A DNA stretch of 64,000 bases from an uncultured Chloroflexota bacterium (GCA_903884455.1 CAISEW010000041.1:98086-162085), one strand, 5' to 3'; positions 41,748-52,010 are shown, counted from the first letter of the stretch. A program made the numbers and translations. Notes: a model not told the origin generated them from the letters alone.

Positions 41748-42415
41748 GGCGCTTTCAGTCGATAGCCGGCTCCTCTCACCGTTTGAATCAGGCTATCTTC
41801 CCCCTCGCTGTCAATCTTACGCCGCAACCGGCGGATATAGACATCTACCAGATTGGACAGGCTATCGAAGTCGTAATCCCAGGCGTGTTCTTCCACCATA
41901 GTCCGCGTGACTACCACGTTGGGATGGCGCATGAAGTACTCCAGGATGACGTATTCCTTAGTGGTCAGTTCAATAGGTCTTTGTCCTCGCCAAACTTGGC
42001 GGGTAAGAGTGTTCATAGTTAAATCACCCACCCGAAGCTCTGGTGATTTTAACATTCCCTCTCGCCGCAGGAGCGCCCGAACTCGAGCTAGAAGCTCATT
42101 GAAGGCAAAAGGTTTAACCAGATAATCATCGGCTCCCGTATCTAGTCCTCTGACTCGGTCCTCCACTGTGTCTTTAGCCGTCAACATCAGAATGGGAGTA
42201 TTAATTTTCTTGGTGCGAAGCTCGTGGCAAACTTCGATGCCATCTTTATTGGGCAGCATGATGTCTAGAATGATGAGGTCATATGGATTGACCTCGGCAA
42301 GGTATTCTCCCTCCTCTCCGTCGTAGGCTAAGTCAACAGCGTAGGCTTCTTCCAGAAGCCCGCGCTTGATGACAGCACAGAGTCGCCGATCATCGTCAAC
42401 GACCAAAATTCGCAT
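41744..42415 (-). CDS. OmpR-family response regulator
   Basis: Receiver (MRILVVDDD...D52...K) and a winged-helix trans_reg_C domain. 223 aa. Confidence 0.85.
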   Translation of the reverse strand: MRILVVDDDRRLCAVIKRGLLEEAYAVDLAYDGEEGEYLAEVNPYDLIILDIMLPNKDGIEVCHELRTKKINTPILMLTAKDTVEDRVRGLDTGADDYLVKPFAFNELLARVRALLRREGMLKSPELRVGDLTMNTLTRQVWRGQRPIELTTKEYVILEYFMRHPNVVVTRTMVEEHAWDYDFDSLSNLVDVYIRRLRRKIDSEGEDSLIQTVRGAGYRLKAP

Positions 42416-42634
42416 GACAAACTCCTTAAACGAATTATATTACACCAAGATGAACATGAGATGAAATGGCTCAATTGTATGATTTTTCTGACGTTCACCT
42501 CCAGTTCATGGTGGGTTCATGTTGTTGTGATAAGCTGGATTTGCACTGATGGGGACCAATCGAAGAAAGAAGGCCGATATAGCATCTAAGGAGACAACGT
42601 GTCCCCAACAGTAGAAAAATAGAAAGGAGGTGAC

Positions 42635-43114
42635 ATGACAATGAAGAAACGTAAGTGGTTCATTCCAGTTGTGGTGGCGTCTGTACTGCTGATCGGAGGT
42701 ATAACTGGAGGAGTAGTCGCTGCAAACAATAGCTCAAGCAATATTACTGCAGGGAACCAGAGCCAGGCAACCGATCGATATCAGGCGCTTCTGGATAGAG
42801 CTTGTGCCATCTACAAAGAGACGACGGGTGTGGCCCTCGACTCAGAGCAACTAAAGAATGCTCTGGAGCAAGCTCGAAGCGAGATGCAAGACGAAGCTCT
42901 AAAAAGCTGGCTGCAAGACCTCGTAGGCAAGGGCAAGATAACTCAAGAAGAAGCTGGCCAGTATCTGGAATGGTGGCAGTCCCGGCCCGGCATCGAATTA
43001 CCATTACCGGGGCTTGGCGGACGTGGTCATGGAGGCGGTATGATGTGGGGCAGATTGTTTAAGGCTTGGGGTGGTCCATGTGCCCTTAATGCTTCTGCTG
43101 AAGCAGGCAGTTGA
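42635..43114 (+). CDS. secreted hypothetical protein
   Basis: Signal peptide/TM (KRKWFIPVVVASVLLIGG). RBS AAAGGAGG upstream. No known domain. Confidence 0.4.
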   Translation: MTMKKRKWFIPVVVASVLLIGGITGGVVAANNSSSNITAGNQSQATDRYQALLDRACAIYKETTGVALDSEQLKNALEQARSEMQDEALKSWLQDLVGKGKITQEEAGQYLEWWQSRPGIELPLPGLGGRGHGGGMMWGRLFKAWGGPCALNASAEAGS

Positions 43115-43186
43115 TAGGCTGGTGGAGCAGAACTTGTCCGGAGAGGAGGTGGGTCTTCCCCCCTCTCCTTGGCACGGAGGTGAAAA

Positions 43187-44251
43187 ATGAGTAAGCTAAG
43201 GTACATTATAATAATTGTCCTTTTGGTTGTTGGTATCAGCTTAGTTGTTACCGGCACTGTACATATTTCCCCTAGTTCCGCCTCAGGATATCTGTCTGTT
43301 GACGAGAAGATTGGCTCCGAGCTTAGTACCCAGGAGTTAGTAGCGGAGGTAGCTCCTGCCGTGGTTTCCATCGTTACTGAAACGGTGAGCTACAACTGGT
43401 TCTGGCAGGCAGTCCCACAGACAGGAGCGGGAAGCGGGATAATAATCAGCCCGGACGGCTATATTGTGACCAATAATCATGTGGTAGAAGGTGCCCAAAA
43501 AATGACCGTAACTCTTAGTGACGGAAATGCTTTTGCGGCAACCATAGTAGGTACAGATGCACAAACAGATCTGGCGGTGGTGAAAATTGATGCCAGCAAT
43601 CTTTCCTACTTACATTTCCTGAGCAATTCTCTGGAGCAGCTTAGCGTCCTTGAACCGGTGGTAGCTGTGGGGAATGCTCTGGCTTTGCCTGGAGGTCCTA
43701 CCTGGACTTCTGGCGTCATCAGCAATCTGGGACGCTCTATTGAAGAGGACACCGGCGTGGTGCTCAATGACATTATTCAAACCGATGCGGCTATCAACGC
43801 AGGAAATAGCGGCGGGCCGCTACTGGACACGGCAGGGCAAGTAGTCGGCATCAATGTGGCTATCGCTAGCAATGCCGAGAATATTGGCTTCGCCATAAGT
43901 ACTGATACTGCTATCCCTGTAGTGCAGAGCTTAATAGCAAAAGGAAAGGTAGCCCGTCCCTGGCTTGGAGTGGAAGTGGCCACCGTCACCTCAACTATCC
44001 AGCATTACTACAACCTCTCAGTCAACGCGGGAGCGCTCATTACCAGTGTAAGCAGCGGTAGCCCGGCAGATGAGGTGGGATTAAGACCAGGTGATGTTAT
44101 CACTAAGATAGGCAACGAGGACATCAGCACTGCCGCAGAACTGATCTCAGCTATAAGGTCTCATCAGATTGGTGACCAGGTTGAGATTGTGTATTACCGT
44201 GGGAGTGTACAGAATGTAGCTCATGCTACGCTGGAAGAGTCCCCGTCTTAG
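43187..44251 (+). CDS. HtrA/DegP-like trypsin-family serine protease with C-terminal PDZ domain
   Basis: N-terminal TM anchor. Catalytic triad context (TNNHVV, D, GNSGGPL). PDZ region. 354 aa. Confidence 0.8.
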   Translation: MSKLRYIIIIVLLVVGISLVVTGTVHISPSSASGYLSVDEKIGSELSTQELVAEVAPAVVSIVTETVSYNWFWQAVPQTGAGSGIIISPDGYIVTNNHVVEGAQKMTVTLSDGNAFAATIVGTDAQTDLAVVKIDASNLSYLHFLSNSLEQLSVLEPVVAVGNALALPGGPTWTSGVISNLGRSIEEDTGVVLNDIIQTDAAINAGNSGGPLLDTAGQVVGINVAIASNAENIGFAISTDTAIPVVQSLIAKGKVARPWLGVEVATVTSTIQHYYNLSVNAGALITSVSSGSPADEVGLRPGDVITKIGNEDISTAAELISAIRSHQIGDQVEIVYYRGSVQNVAHATLEESPS

Positions 44252-44295
44252 GCCGATGACGAGTGGAAAAGAAGAAAGAAGGAGGTTCTTAGTAT

Positions 44296-45534
44296 ATGGG
44301 TGTAGTTCGCAGAGTAATACGTAATCTGATTCGGAGTCCCCTCCGCACAGGTGGGATCGTAGCCATTCTGTCAGTCAGCATCGGGCTGGCATTGATTATG
44401 GTCACAGTTCATGGCGCCACTGAAAATCAACTAGGGTCGATAGGAACGCAGATCGGCACGGAGATCACAATACAGCCAGCTGGTCGCTTTGGTATGATGG
44501 GTGGAAATGGGACACTGGCCCAAGAAGATGTGGACAAACTCAATGACATCTCCCACGTGGTCTCCGTACAGGAAGGTGTTCAGACTCAGTATACCGGCGG
44601 CAGCCTTGAGTCAGCCGTTGAGCAGGGAGGCCAAGGAGGAGGTTCCTTCCCCGGCGGTTTCCGCATGGGCATAATGGTCATGGGGTTTGATACTGCCACG
44701 GACAATCCGACATTAACGGGTGGTGCGCAGATGGATATAACAGATGGACGCTACTTCACCACTGATGAAAATGATGCCGATGTGATGATCGTCGGTCAAG
44801 CCCTGGCTGATAAGAACAGCCTCACTATTGGTTCTACAGTCGGCATAAATGGCACGCCGGTAGAGGTCATCGGTATTTACGACAGTGGACAAGTCTTTGG
44901 AAATAACATGCTGGTTATGCCTATTGGCACCGTGCAGCGCCTATTTAGCTTGGGCGGAGTGACTTCAGTAACGGTGCAAGCCGATGATGTTAACAATGTG
45001 GATGCTGTAGTCAGCAGTATTCGGGAGATCTTTCCCGAAAGCGTTGCTGACGTCACCACTGCCCAAGATATGTATCAGCGAATAAATAGCTCTGTAGCAA
45101 GTGCTCAGAGCACCAGCCAGATGGCGATGATTGTTGCTTTCATTGTCGCCGGAGTAGTAATCCTGTTTGCCGTGGTCCTGATGGTGCGGCAGCGGGTAAA
45201 AGAGATTGGCATTCTGAAAGCCATCGGCGCTTCCAACCGGCAGATAGAGCTTCAGTTGGGTGGAGAGGCCCTAGGTATGAGCGTTATGGCTGCCATTATC
45301 GGTGCCCTTATCACCTATCCTCTGGCTCAGAAGGTTGCCAATTTGCTTGTGGCCTCCCCGGGAGGGGGATTCGGTGGCGGCATTACCCGTGTTGCCGGGA
45401 TTAATATAGCCGTATCACCAGAAGTTTTCCTCTACGCACTGGGCATAGCCATAGCACTGGCTGTGGCCGCCAGCATATTCCCAGCCTGGTATATCTCACG
45501 AATTAAACCAGCGGAGGTGTTGCGCTATGAGTAA
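44296..45534 (+). CDS. ABC transporter permease, FtsX/MacB-like
   Basis: N-terminal TM, a large periplasmic MacB_PCD-like domain, and a C-terminal FtsX 3-TM bundle. 412 aa. Confidence 0.75.
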   Translation: MGVVRRVIRNLIRSPLRTGGIVAILSVSIGLALIMVTVHGATENQLGSIGTQIGTEITIQPAGRFGMMGGNGTLAQEDVDKLNDISHVVSVQEGVQTQYTGGSLESAVEQGGQGGGSFPGGFRMGIMVMGFDTATDNPTLTGGAQMDITDGRYFTTDENDADVMIVGQALADKNSLTIGSTVGINGTPVEVIGIYDSGQVFGNNMLVMPIGTVQRLFSLGGVTSVTVQADDVNNVDAVVSSIREIFPESVADVTTAQDMYQRINSSVASAQSTSQMAMIVAFIVAGVVILFAVVLMVRQRVKEIGILKAIGASNRQIELQLGGEALGMSVMAAIIGALITYPLAQKVANLLVASPGGGFGGGITRVAGINIAVSPEVFLYALGIAIALAVAASIFPAWYISRIKPAEVLRYE

Positions 45535-46234
45535 CTATAAAGAGATGGTTATAGTAGTAGATGGATTGGTCAAACAGTTCAGCACATCGGAGTACACAAC
45601 GGTGGCAGCGGTGAACGGTGTTAGCTTTAGCCTACCCAGGGAAAAGATGATAGCTATCAAAGGGCCCAGTGGCTGTGGCAAGACCACCTTGCTGAACCTG
45701 CTGGGGGCTCTGGACAAACCCACAGCCGGAAACATAGTCGTGGATGGGATTAAGGTCTCAGAGCTCTATGGTGTGAATGAGTCTGAGTACCGGCTCAGGA
45801 AAGTGGGATTCGTCTTTCAATACTATTACCTCATCCCCAGTTTAACCGCTCTGGAGAATGTTATGCTGCCGATGGACCTCCGGGGTATGAAGAGAAAGGG
45901 GCAGGAAGCAGGGGCGCGCCGGTTGCTGGAAAGAGTGGGATTGGATGCCAGTCACCAGGACCGCCGGCCTACCAGGCTTTCAGGGGGTGAACAGCAGCGG
46001 GTAGCTATCGCCCGCGCCCTGGCCAATGCTCCGGCTATCATTCTAGCAGACGAGCCTACCGGCAATCTGGATTCCAAGACCGGCAAGCGGATTATTGAAC
46101 TCCTCTACAGCCTTACTCAACAAGAGGGCAGAACGGTAATAGTAGCCACACATGACGCTGATATAGCAGCCAGAGCGGATATTGTCCTGGAAATGAAGGA
46201 TGCCAAGCTAATAAGCCAGACCGACGCAAACTAA
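45527..46234 (+). CDS. ABC transporter ATP-binding protein (MacB/LolD-type)
   Basis: Walker [10 protein letters not shown]. Signature LSGGEQQR. Walker B ILADEPT. 235 aa. Overlaps the permease stop. Confidence 0.85.
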   Translation: MSNYKEMVIVVDGLVKQFSTSEYTTVAAVNGVSFSLPREKMIAIKGPSGCGKTTLLNLLGALDKPTAGNIVVDGIKVSELYGVNESEYRLRKVGFVFQYYYLIPSLTALENVMLPMDLRGMKRKGQEAGARRLLERVGLDASHQDRRPTRLSGGEQQRVAIARALANAPAIILADEPTGNLDSKTGKRIIELLYSLTQQEGRTVIVATHDADIAARADIVLEMKDAKLISQTDAN

Positions 46235-46354
46235 AGAGGTAGCATCACCTTTTTGACTGGCAGGAGGTAGGTCAAATGGCTGTTCAGTTGTGCAGTGCGC
46301 CTATTAATATTGCTAACAATAAAGCTTCGAATTCTTTGGGGATGCCAACCCTGC

Positions 46355-46600
46355 CTAGCCAAGCCGAGCTACAGCTACCTCACCATTTTCTATGACGACG
46401 GTCATTGTCCGTCGACAGTTAGGGCAAGTGAGCGGTCCTTTGTAGTTGGCTTTAGATGGCTCCAGAGGGATACCTTTGCCACAGCCCAGGCAGATTACTC
46501 CTGGGGAGCTTCTCGGACCAGCTTGGTGCTGTTTTTTATGGCTAGCTAGCTGCTCTATGGTAGCGAATTCGATTCCGCAAGTAACACATTTAAAACGCAT
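46355..46600 (-). CDS. small C2H2-type zinc-finger plus zinc-ribbon protein
   Basis: CVTCGIEFATIEQLASHKKQH is Cx2Cx12Hx4H, classic C2H2 spacing. Two further CxxC pairs (CLGCG...CPNC). 81 aa. Confidence 0.4.
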   Translation of the reverse strand: MRFKCVTCGIEFATIEQLASHKKQHQAGPRSSPGVICLGCGKGIPLEPSKANYKGPLTCPNCRRTMTVVIENGEVAVARLG

Positions 46601-46935
46601 TTCTCTCCTTTGGGCATTCTCAATGTCTAAAATCGCCCAATGACTAATTTATTATCCCACAATTATATCATGGTGTTCTCCCCTGACGAATAATTTGGGT
46701 TTAAGCTTAACAAAACGCTAGATTGTTGGATAACTTCCTACAATGTTACCTTTGTACAAATATCGGGATATTTGTTCCGTTGTAGGTATAGCTATTTCGA
46801 AGGAAGAGGGTATGCTCTTTCACGGTCATAAACCAGCAAGCCTTACTTTTAGTAGGCTAATTGCATCTTAATTGAACTTTTAGTAATTGAGATGATTTAG
46901 ACGAACATTCGTTATCAAAGGAAATAATTTTTAGT

Positions 46936-47664
46936 TCATTCATTGGCAATTTTAATAAATAACTCAGCTAGCTCTTGAGGTTCAAGTATCATAGCATCAT
47001 GACCGGTCGCCATTTCGTAATAACCCCAGTCTTTCGAGCTTCGCGCCATCTCGGCAAACCCATCGAAGGAACCGAGAGGAGGCTTGTTCAGATAAATATA
47101 CGTACGTGGCACGGTAAAAGCACCCGGATTTGTAAGATGTACTGGCTCCTCAAAAGTTTTTATTGGCTGGGGCACCAACTTGGACTTAACAAAGGCAATG
47201 TCCGCCTCTAAGGTAATGCCAAAATGTTCAGGAGGGGGTGCAGGAACAAGCCACCCCTGTCCTGTCGCTTTTGCTACCTGACGCATCATATTCATAATCT
47301 GTGGCCCTACAATGTCCCCAAAAGATTGACCGTCTTTGGGTACATGTGCATCCAAGTAGATCAGTTTTGCGATACGTTCCGCTGCTTTATCCGCCACGCC
47401 TGTAATAACCATACCACCATAACTGTGGCCAACCAGCAGCACGTTGTGTAAATTTTTATCATACAGAATGGCTAATATGTCCTGAACATGAGTGCTCAAG
47501 CCAATGTCAGGATTTGCCAGTTTTACTTTTTCCCCGAGTCCAGTCAAGTCAGGAGTAAATACATTGTAACCAGCCTGAGCTAAATAAGGTACCAATCGCT
47601 CCCATACCCATGCGCCATGCCAGCCGCCATGAACCAAAACGAAAGTTAGATTATTCCTTTCCAT
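46936..47664 (-). CDS. alpha/beta hydrolase (methylesterase / SABP2-like)
   Basis: FVLVHGGWHGAWVWERL, nucleophile elbow GHSYGG, C-terminal His. 242 aa. Confidence 0.7.
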   Translation of the reverse strand: MERNNLTFVLVHGGWHGAWVWERLVPYLAQAGYNVFTPDLTGLGEKVKLANPDIGLSTHVQDILAILYDKNLHNVLLVGHSYGGMVITGVADKAAERIAKLIYLDAHVPKDGQSFGDIVGPQIMNMMRQVAKATGQGWLVPAPPPEHFGITLEADIAFVKSKLVPQPIKTFEEPVHLTNPGAFTVPRTYIYLNKPPLGSFDGFAEMARSSKDWGYYEMATGHDAMILEPQELAELFIKIANE

Positions 47665-47913
47665 TTTACCCTCTCCAAATCCCTTGGCTCGGCTAGCTAT
47701 CAGCCAAAGAGATACATCCTAATCTAATTATAGCACTTGCTAGGTCAGTGAAGTTTGAGGATAGCTTGAGGCTTTATCGGAGGATCGAACATTCCGCTAG
47801 ATTGTTGCGTCAGAGGTAACAAAACAAGTTATTGTTCAGGGCTAGGGATATTCAACTCTGCCATCCGGGGCTATAATTTTGCTGGTCGTCCTTTTCATTC
47901 TTATTGGTGAAAC

Positions 47914-48564
47914 ATGGGGGAAAATACTAAATTCAAGCTGATTGTTGGATTCCTGGCAATTCTAGCCTTGGTCATTTCCATTTACGCCCGGTTCGCACCC
48001 CGGTTTCCAGGCGACCTGTGCCTGACGCTCCGTTTGCAATCTTTTGATAATCATTTTTTGCTCTCATTCATGGACTACGTTTCGTTTATTTTTGGGGGCT
48101 GGTCTTCAGTGCTGGTGGTTGTTATCATCGGTATCCTTGTTTGGTGGCGAATAGGTAGACTGGAGGCTATCATGATTCCCGTGGGGGGATTAATCACGCT
48201 TGTAAATACGGCATTGAAACTGGCCATCAATCGTCCGCGGCCTTCGGCCGACCTAGTTCACGTCTTATCCAGTGAGCAAGGTAATGGATTCCCTAGCGGA
48301 CATGCATTCTTTGCCATTTTAATATTGGGACTTACAGCCTATTTTATTTCCATCAATCTGAAGAATCGTACCATACGGATGGTGGTTCTAGCAGGTTTGA
48401 TTGCTTTAATTCTCTTAATCGGTACTTCTCGGGTTTACCTGGGAGTCCACTGGCCAAGTGACGTCATAGGAGGCTACCTGATAGGGGGAGTCTTCTTAAC
48501 TGCGCTTATCTGGTTCCACCGGACTTGGAAGGCTCATCATTCGCAGCAGCACAAGCGACTTTGA
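47914..48564 (+). CDS. PAP2-family membrane phosphatase
   Basis: KxxxxxxRP, PSGH and SRVYLGVHWPSDV motifs. 216 aa. Confidence 0.7.
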   Translation: MGENTKFKLIVGFLAILALVISIYARFAPRFPGDLCLTLRLQSFDNHFLLSFMDYVSFIFGGWSSVLVVVIIGILVWWRIGRLEAIMIPVGGLITLVNTALKLAINRPRPSADLVHVLSSEQGNGFPSGHAFFAILILGLTAYFISINLKNRTIRMVVLAGLIALILLIGTSRVYLGVHWPSDVIGGYLIGGVFLTALIWFHRTWKAHHSQQHKRL

Positions 48565-48715
48565 AATCACACAACCTGGACTAATGTGTAGACTCGTACA
48601 AGACCGCTCCACACCAAAGAGGGTATCTGTACAAGCAACCAAAGCACTTTTAAGTCTACATCCGAGGACAGTTCATTCTTTCTGCAATTACATCCAGATG
48701 CAAAAATAGAGGTAG

Positions 48716-49330
48716 CTATCGTTTGCTCGCCACTATAAAGGCTGTAGCAAATCGTGGGTGTTCAACAGTTTTAACCTGGATATCTGTGAATCCGGCTTTG
48801 CCAAGCATGTCACGTATTTGCTCTTCCGGATAGAGATTGAACCCATACCGCGTAAAATTAAACGGAAGCTTCGTGGAATAAGTAAGGACGAATCTCCCTT
48901 TCGGTTTCATGACACGAATAATTTCTTCCATGCCGAGAGCCGGATCAGGCCAGAAAAATATCGTATTTACAGTGCTGACTTTATCGAAGCAGTCACTTTC
49001 AAAAGGTATCTTCGAAGCACTACCCTCTCTTATGTCTACTTTTCCTTGAGATATAAGTTTCCCGAACTTCTTTTTACCTCGTTTCAGCATTGCTTCTGAA
49101 ATCTCGATCCCAGCCACCAATCCATTGGGAGCTAACCTCACCATCTTCTGTACAGTAGCTCCGCCCCCGAATCCAATATCCAGAACATGATCCGTTGGCT
49201 TGATATCCAGGAGTTGAATGGTCACATCGTTAATGTGAGAAGTGGTTCTATTCAGAAGTGCTGCAACTAACCCGCTGAAAACCCCGCTTGGATACCCAGC
49301 TTGCTTTGCGATGTACTTCTCCAAAAGCAT
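48716..49330 (-). CDS. class I SAM-dependent methyltransferase
   Basis: Motif I VLDIGFGGGA. Rossmann-fold MTase. 204 aa. Confidence 0.7.
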   Translation of the reverse strand: MLLEKYIAKQAGYPSGVFSGLVAALLNRTTSHINDVTIQLLDIKPTDHVLDIGFGGGATVQKMVRLAPNGLVAGIEISEAMLKRGKKKFGKLISQGKVDIREGSASKIPFESDCFDKVSTVNTIFFWPDPALGMEEIIRVMKPKGRFVLTYSTKLPFNFTRYGFNLYPEEQIRDMLGKAGFTDIQVKTVEHPRFATAFIVASKR

Positions 49331-49614
49331 ACTCGCCCTCCTTATCTATAGCCTGACCTGTTCTCGACCTATTAAGCACGCTGATTATCTGCTTCTATGA
49401 AGGATAACTCCTGCTTCAGGATGGTGTCAACAAATAGATTCTATGACCTCCTGTATCTGTACAATAGCGGATGACACAATCCGCTAGATTGTGACTTTTG
49501 GGTCAAAATAAGCAAATGTTCCCCAACAAAAGACTCTTTAGTTATATCTGATAACCTGGCAGGTGCATGGCTAATTCTCCGGGCTGGGGCAAGATTGGCA
49601 TAAATAAAAAAACA

Positions 49615-49944
49615 CTACTTTTCTAGCTGCTTTAGAGCTTCTTTCACTACCGTTGTTAGCTCCTCGGGGGTAAATGGTTTAGGTAAAAGTGGCCTACCGC
49701 TTTGCTCTATAAAAGTCATGGTTTTCTCGTCCATCATACTCCCGGTAGTGAATACTACCTGGTTTGCCAAACGCGGATATTTTCTTTGCAGCCATTGGTA
49801 TAGTTCTGCGCCGTTCATTTTCGGCGTCCTGATATCAATCAGACAAATGTCATATTGCCTCTTCTCTATCATATCCTGAGCTAACCTCCCATTGACGGCA
49901 ATTTCCACCTCAAATCCTTCCCTAGTAAGGACTCTTTGGCACAT
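49615..49944 (-). CDS. single-domain CheY-like response regulator receiver (N-terminally incomplete at the first canonical start)
   Basis: Receiver motifs DIRTPKMNG (phospho-Asp), T and K. The in-frame sequence upstream of the ATG encodes KRILVVEDEPSIGN but has no ATG/GTG/TTG before the upstream stop. Confidence 0.55.
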   Translation of the reverse strand: MCQRVLTREGFEVEIAVNGRLAQDMIEKRQYDICLIDIRTPKMNGAELYQWLQRKYPRLANQVVFTTGSMMDEKTMTFIEQSGRPLLPKPFTPEELTTVVKEALKQLEK

Positions 49945-50091
49945 ATTGCCAATCGACGGTTCGTCCTCGACTACCAGGATTCTCTTCGTGGTGCGATCAA
50001 GAGTATTTATTGTATGCCTTCTTTAATCAGCGACTCTATGAATAATATTTCTTTTCAGTATTGTAGCAAACATATTTATGCCGTCAAGTGG

Positions 50092-50667
50092 CTAGTTGAA
50101 TTTGCTCATTGCTGCCTCTATCCCCTGGGTAAGAAAACAATCGATGGCTTCGGCCACCGTGGCAATTACAGACTTAATTATCGCTTCTTCCTGAGGAGAA
50201 AAATCGCTGAGCACATAATTGACTATGGCGTCCTCGCTAACGGATTGCTCCTCCGCCTGGGGCCGTCCAATCCCCACCCTGATTCGGGGGAAGTCCTCGC
50301 TGCCTAGGGCGGAAATAATAGAATTCATTCCCTTGTGTCCTCCTGAGCTTCCACTCTGGCGCAGGCGAATTTTGCCCAGAGGCAAATCGAGGTCATCGTA
50401 TATTACCAGGAGGTCGTTCAAAGGGATATTATGCTTACGCACCAGACCAGCTACAGATTGGCCGCTGAGATTCACAAATGTCCCTGGTTTAGCCAGCAGC
50501 AACTTCTCGCCTCTTACTTTGCCAATGCCTACCCTGGCCTGGCATTGTCTTCGGTCAAAGCGAATAGAATGAAGCCTGGCGAAGTCATTCAGACACTGGA
50601 AGCCAACATTATGGCGATTACGGGCATAAGTCTTGCCGGGGTTGCCCAGACCAACTATGAGTTTCAT
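50092..50667 (-). CDS. pth: peptidyl-tRNA hydrolase
   Basis: MKLIVGLGNPG...RHNVGF signature. 191 aa. Confidence 0.9.
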   Translation of the reverse strand: MKLIVGLGNPGKTYARNRHNVGFQCLNDFARLHSIRFDRRQCQARVGIGKVRGEKLLLAKPGTFVNLSGQSVAGLVRKHNIPLNDLLVIYDDLDLPLGKIRLRQSGSSGGHKGMNSIISALGSEDFPRIRVGIGRPQAEEQSVSEDAIVNYVLSDFSPQEEAIIKSVIATVAEAIDCFLTQGIEAAMSKFN

Positions 50668-51387
50668 TAGCTTAGAGTTTATGGGAATTCAGTCTCCGGA
50701 TATTATGGCTGATTCCATCGACGCTAAGCAAATGCTACTCACCCTAAGCAGCAAGCTTGATTGGCTAAATGGCCTTATATTCGCCAGTATTTAGTCTTAA
50801 CGATCTAGAATGTCCCATTTCACAAAAGTTGCATGGGCGACAGTGGCAGGGAAGCCGGGATGATTCGTTTTGTAAAAACGGCTATTTTTTCTGGAGTCCA
50901 ACAGCTCTTTTTCATACGTAAGGCGGCCACCCGCGGCGGATTCAGTTGTTAAAGTACGTAGGATTCGTTTCGTCAGCATTTCCCTTTTATATTTGTGGGC
51001 CGTATGGATTGGCGGAGTGACGCAGGGAGGCAAATGACGGATGAAGCTCAAATGCCAAAGCCCAAATGACAAACCAAGTCCAAATGACAAAATCCATTCT
51101 GGCCACAGCGCTTCCTTTTAGTCTGTGTTGGGTTTGCAGTCAGATTCAGGGAAGCCTCACCTGCGGGATTTGGTTTGTTAGGGTAGCGCACGGGGTTCTG
51201 AACACAAATTAACATGAATTCTTTATTCGAACAAGGGGAAAATGTCGCTTCTTCCCCGAATGGTTGACCGAGGCCGCGAGAATGATGCTGAGGAATAGAC
51301 ACCCATCTCAATAGCGTGCGAGTATTATCCGATTTAGAATATCCTATTTTAGAAAGTGAATGTAGCTAACTACAGACTGTAAGTATT

Positions 51388-51969
51388 TTAGACTACAATT
51401 TTGGATTCCTTAGCAAATTCTAGCCAGACATCGGGTAGCCTTTGGACCGAAAATTGGTATAGCTTGAGAAATCTATCTATCTCATCTTCAATGTAATCCT
51501 GAATTGCCGGGTAGTCTTTCTTCTCATACCATTCTCTAATTTTAGAACCCGAATATCTTTTCCCAGCGAATTTCTCTAGTTTAGCTCCTTCGAAGCGGCC
51601 ATGGTTAAAAATTATCACAACTGGCTCTATATCTATGTATGCGCGTTGCGCAAATAGACTTAATAGACTTTTTCCATTTACCTTGATATCCATCTTTCTC
51701 CAACGATAGATTAGACTGGTAAAATCAAAGCTCAGGTTGTATCCAATTGGCACAAAGTCCCATTTATTCTCCACATTAAATATTGGATAGAATCTTTGCA
51801 AAATTTCCTTTTCCGAAGATTCCCAAGATTTCAGTATATTTAACTTGCCTTTTACATCTCCTGTCCTACTGTCAATTTGCTGGTAAGTTATTGCTATTAT
51901 TTCATCATTATTGAAATCTGGATCTTTTGTTTTTGAGTATGTTTCAATATCGAAGTAGTAATCTGACAT
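51388..51969 (-). CDS. YprB/PolB-exonuclease-like DEDDy 3'-5' exonuclease homolog (RT-associated)
   Basis: FDIETYS...DEII (Exo I), IGYNLSFDF (Exo II), YPAIQD (YxxxD Exo III). A paralog of 13111..13647. Lies 41 nt downstream of the RT on the same strand, in AT-rich DNA. Confidence 0.5.
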   Translation of the reverse strand: MSDYYFDIETYSKTKDPDFNNDEIIAITYQQIDSRTGDVKGKLNILKSWESSEKEILQRFYPIFNVENKWDFVPIGYNLSFDFTSLIYRWRKMDIKVNGKSLLSLFAQRAYIDIEPVVIIFNHGRFEGAKLEKFAGKRYSGSKIREWYEKKDYPAIQDYIEDEIDRFLKLYQFSVQRLPDVWLEFAKESKIVV

Positions 51970-52010
51970 TTCCTTCCTCCATTCAACTCTACATCGTTCC
52001 AGCGACGAGT

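Noticed and set aside
50797-51311. Two overlapping ORFs (97 and 87 aa) in the island's noncoding flank
   Set aside because: They span the CAAATGAC repeat array, are composed of repeat-driven codons, have no RBS and show no similarity to known folds. Likely noncoding.
50700-51390. Possible tRNA/tmRNA integration target at the island edge
   Set aside because: No GGTTCGANTCC T-loop or CCA-terminated acceptor-like sequence was found on either strand. The island appears to sit between two protein genes rather than at a tRNA.
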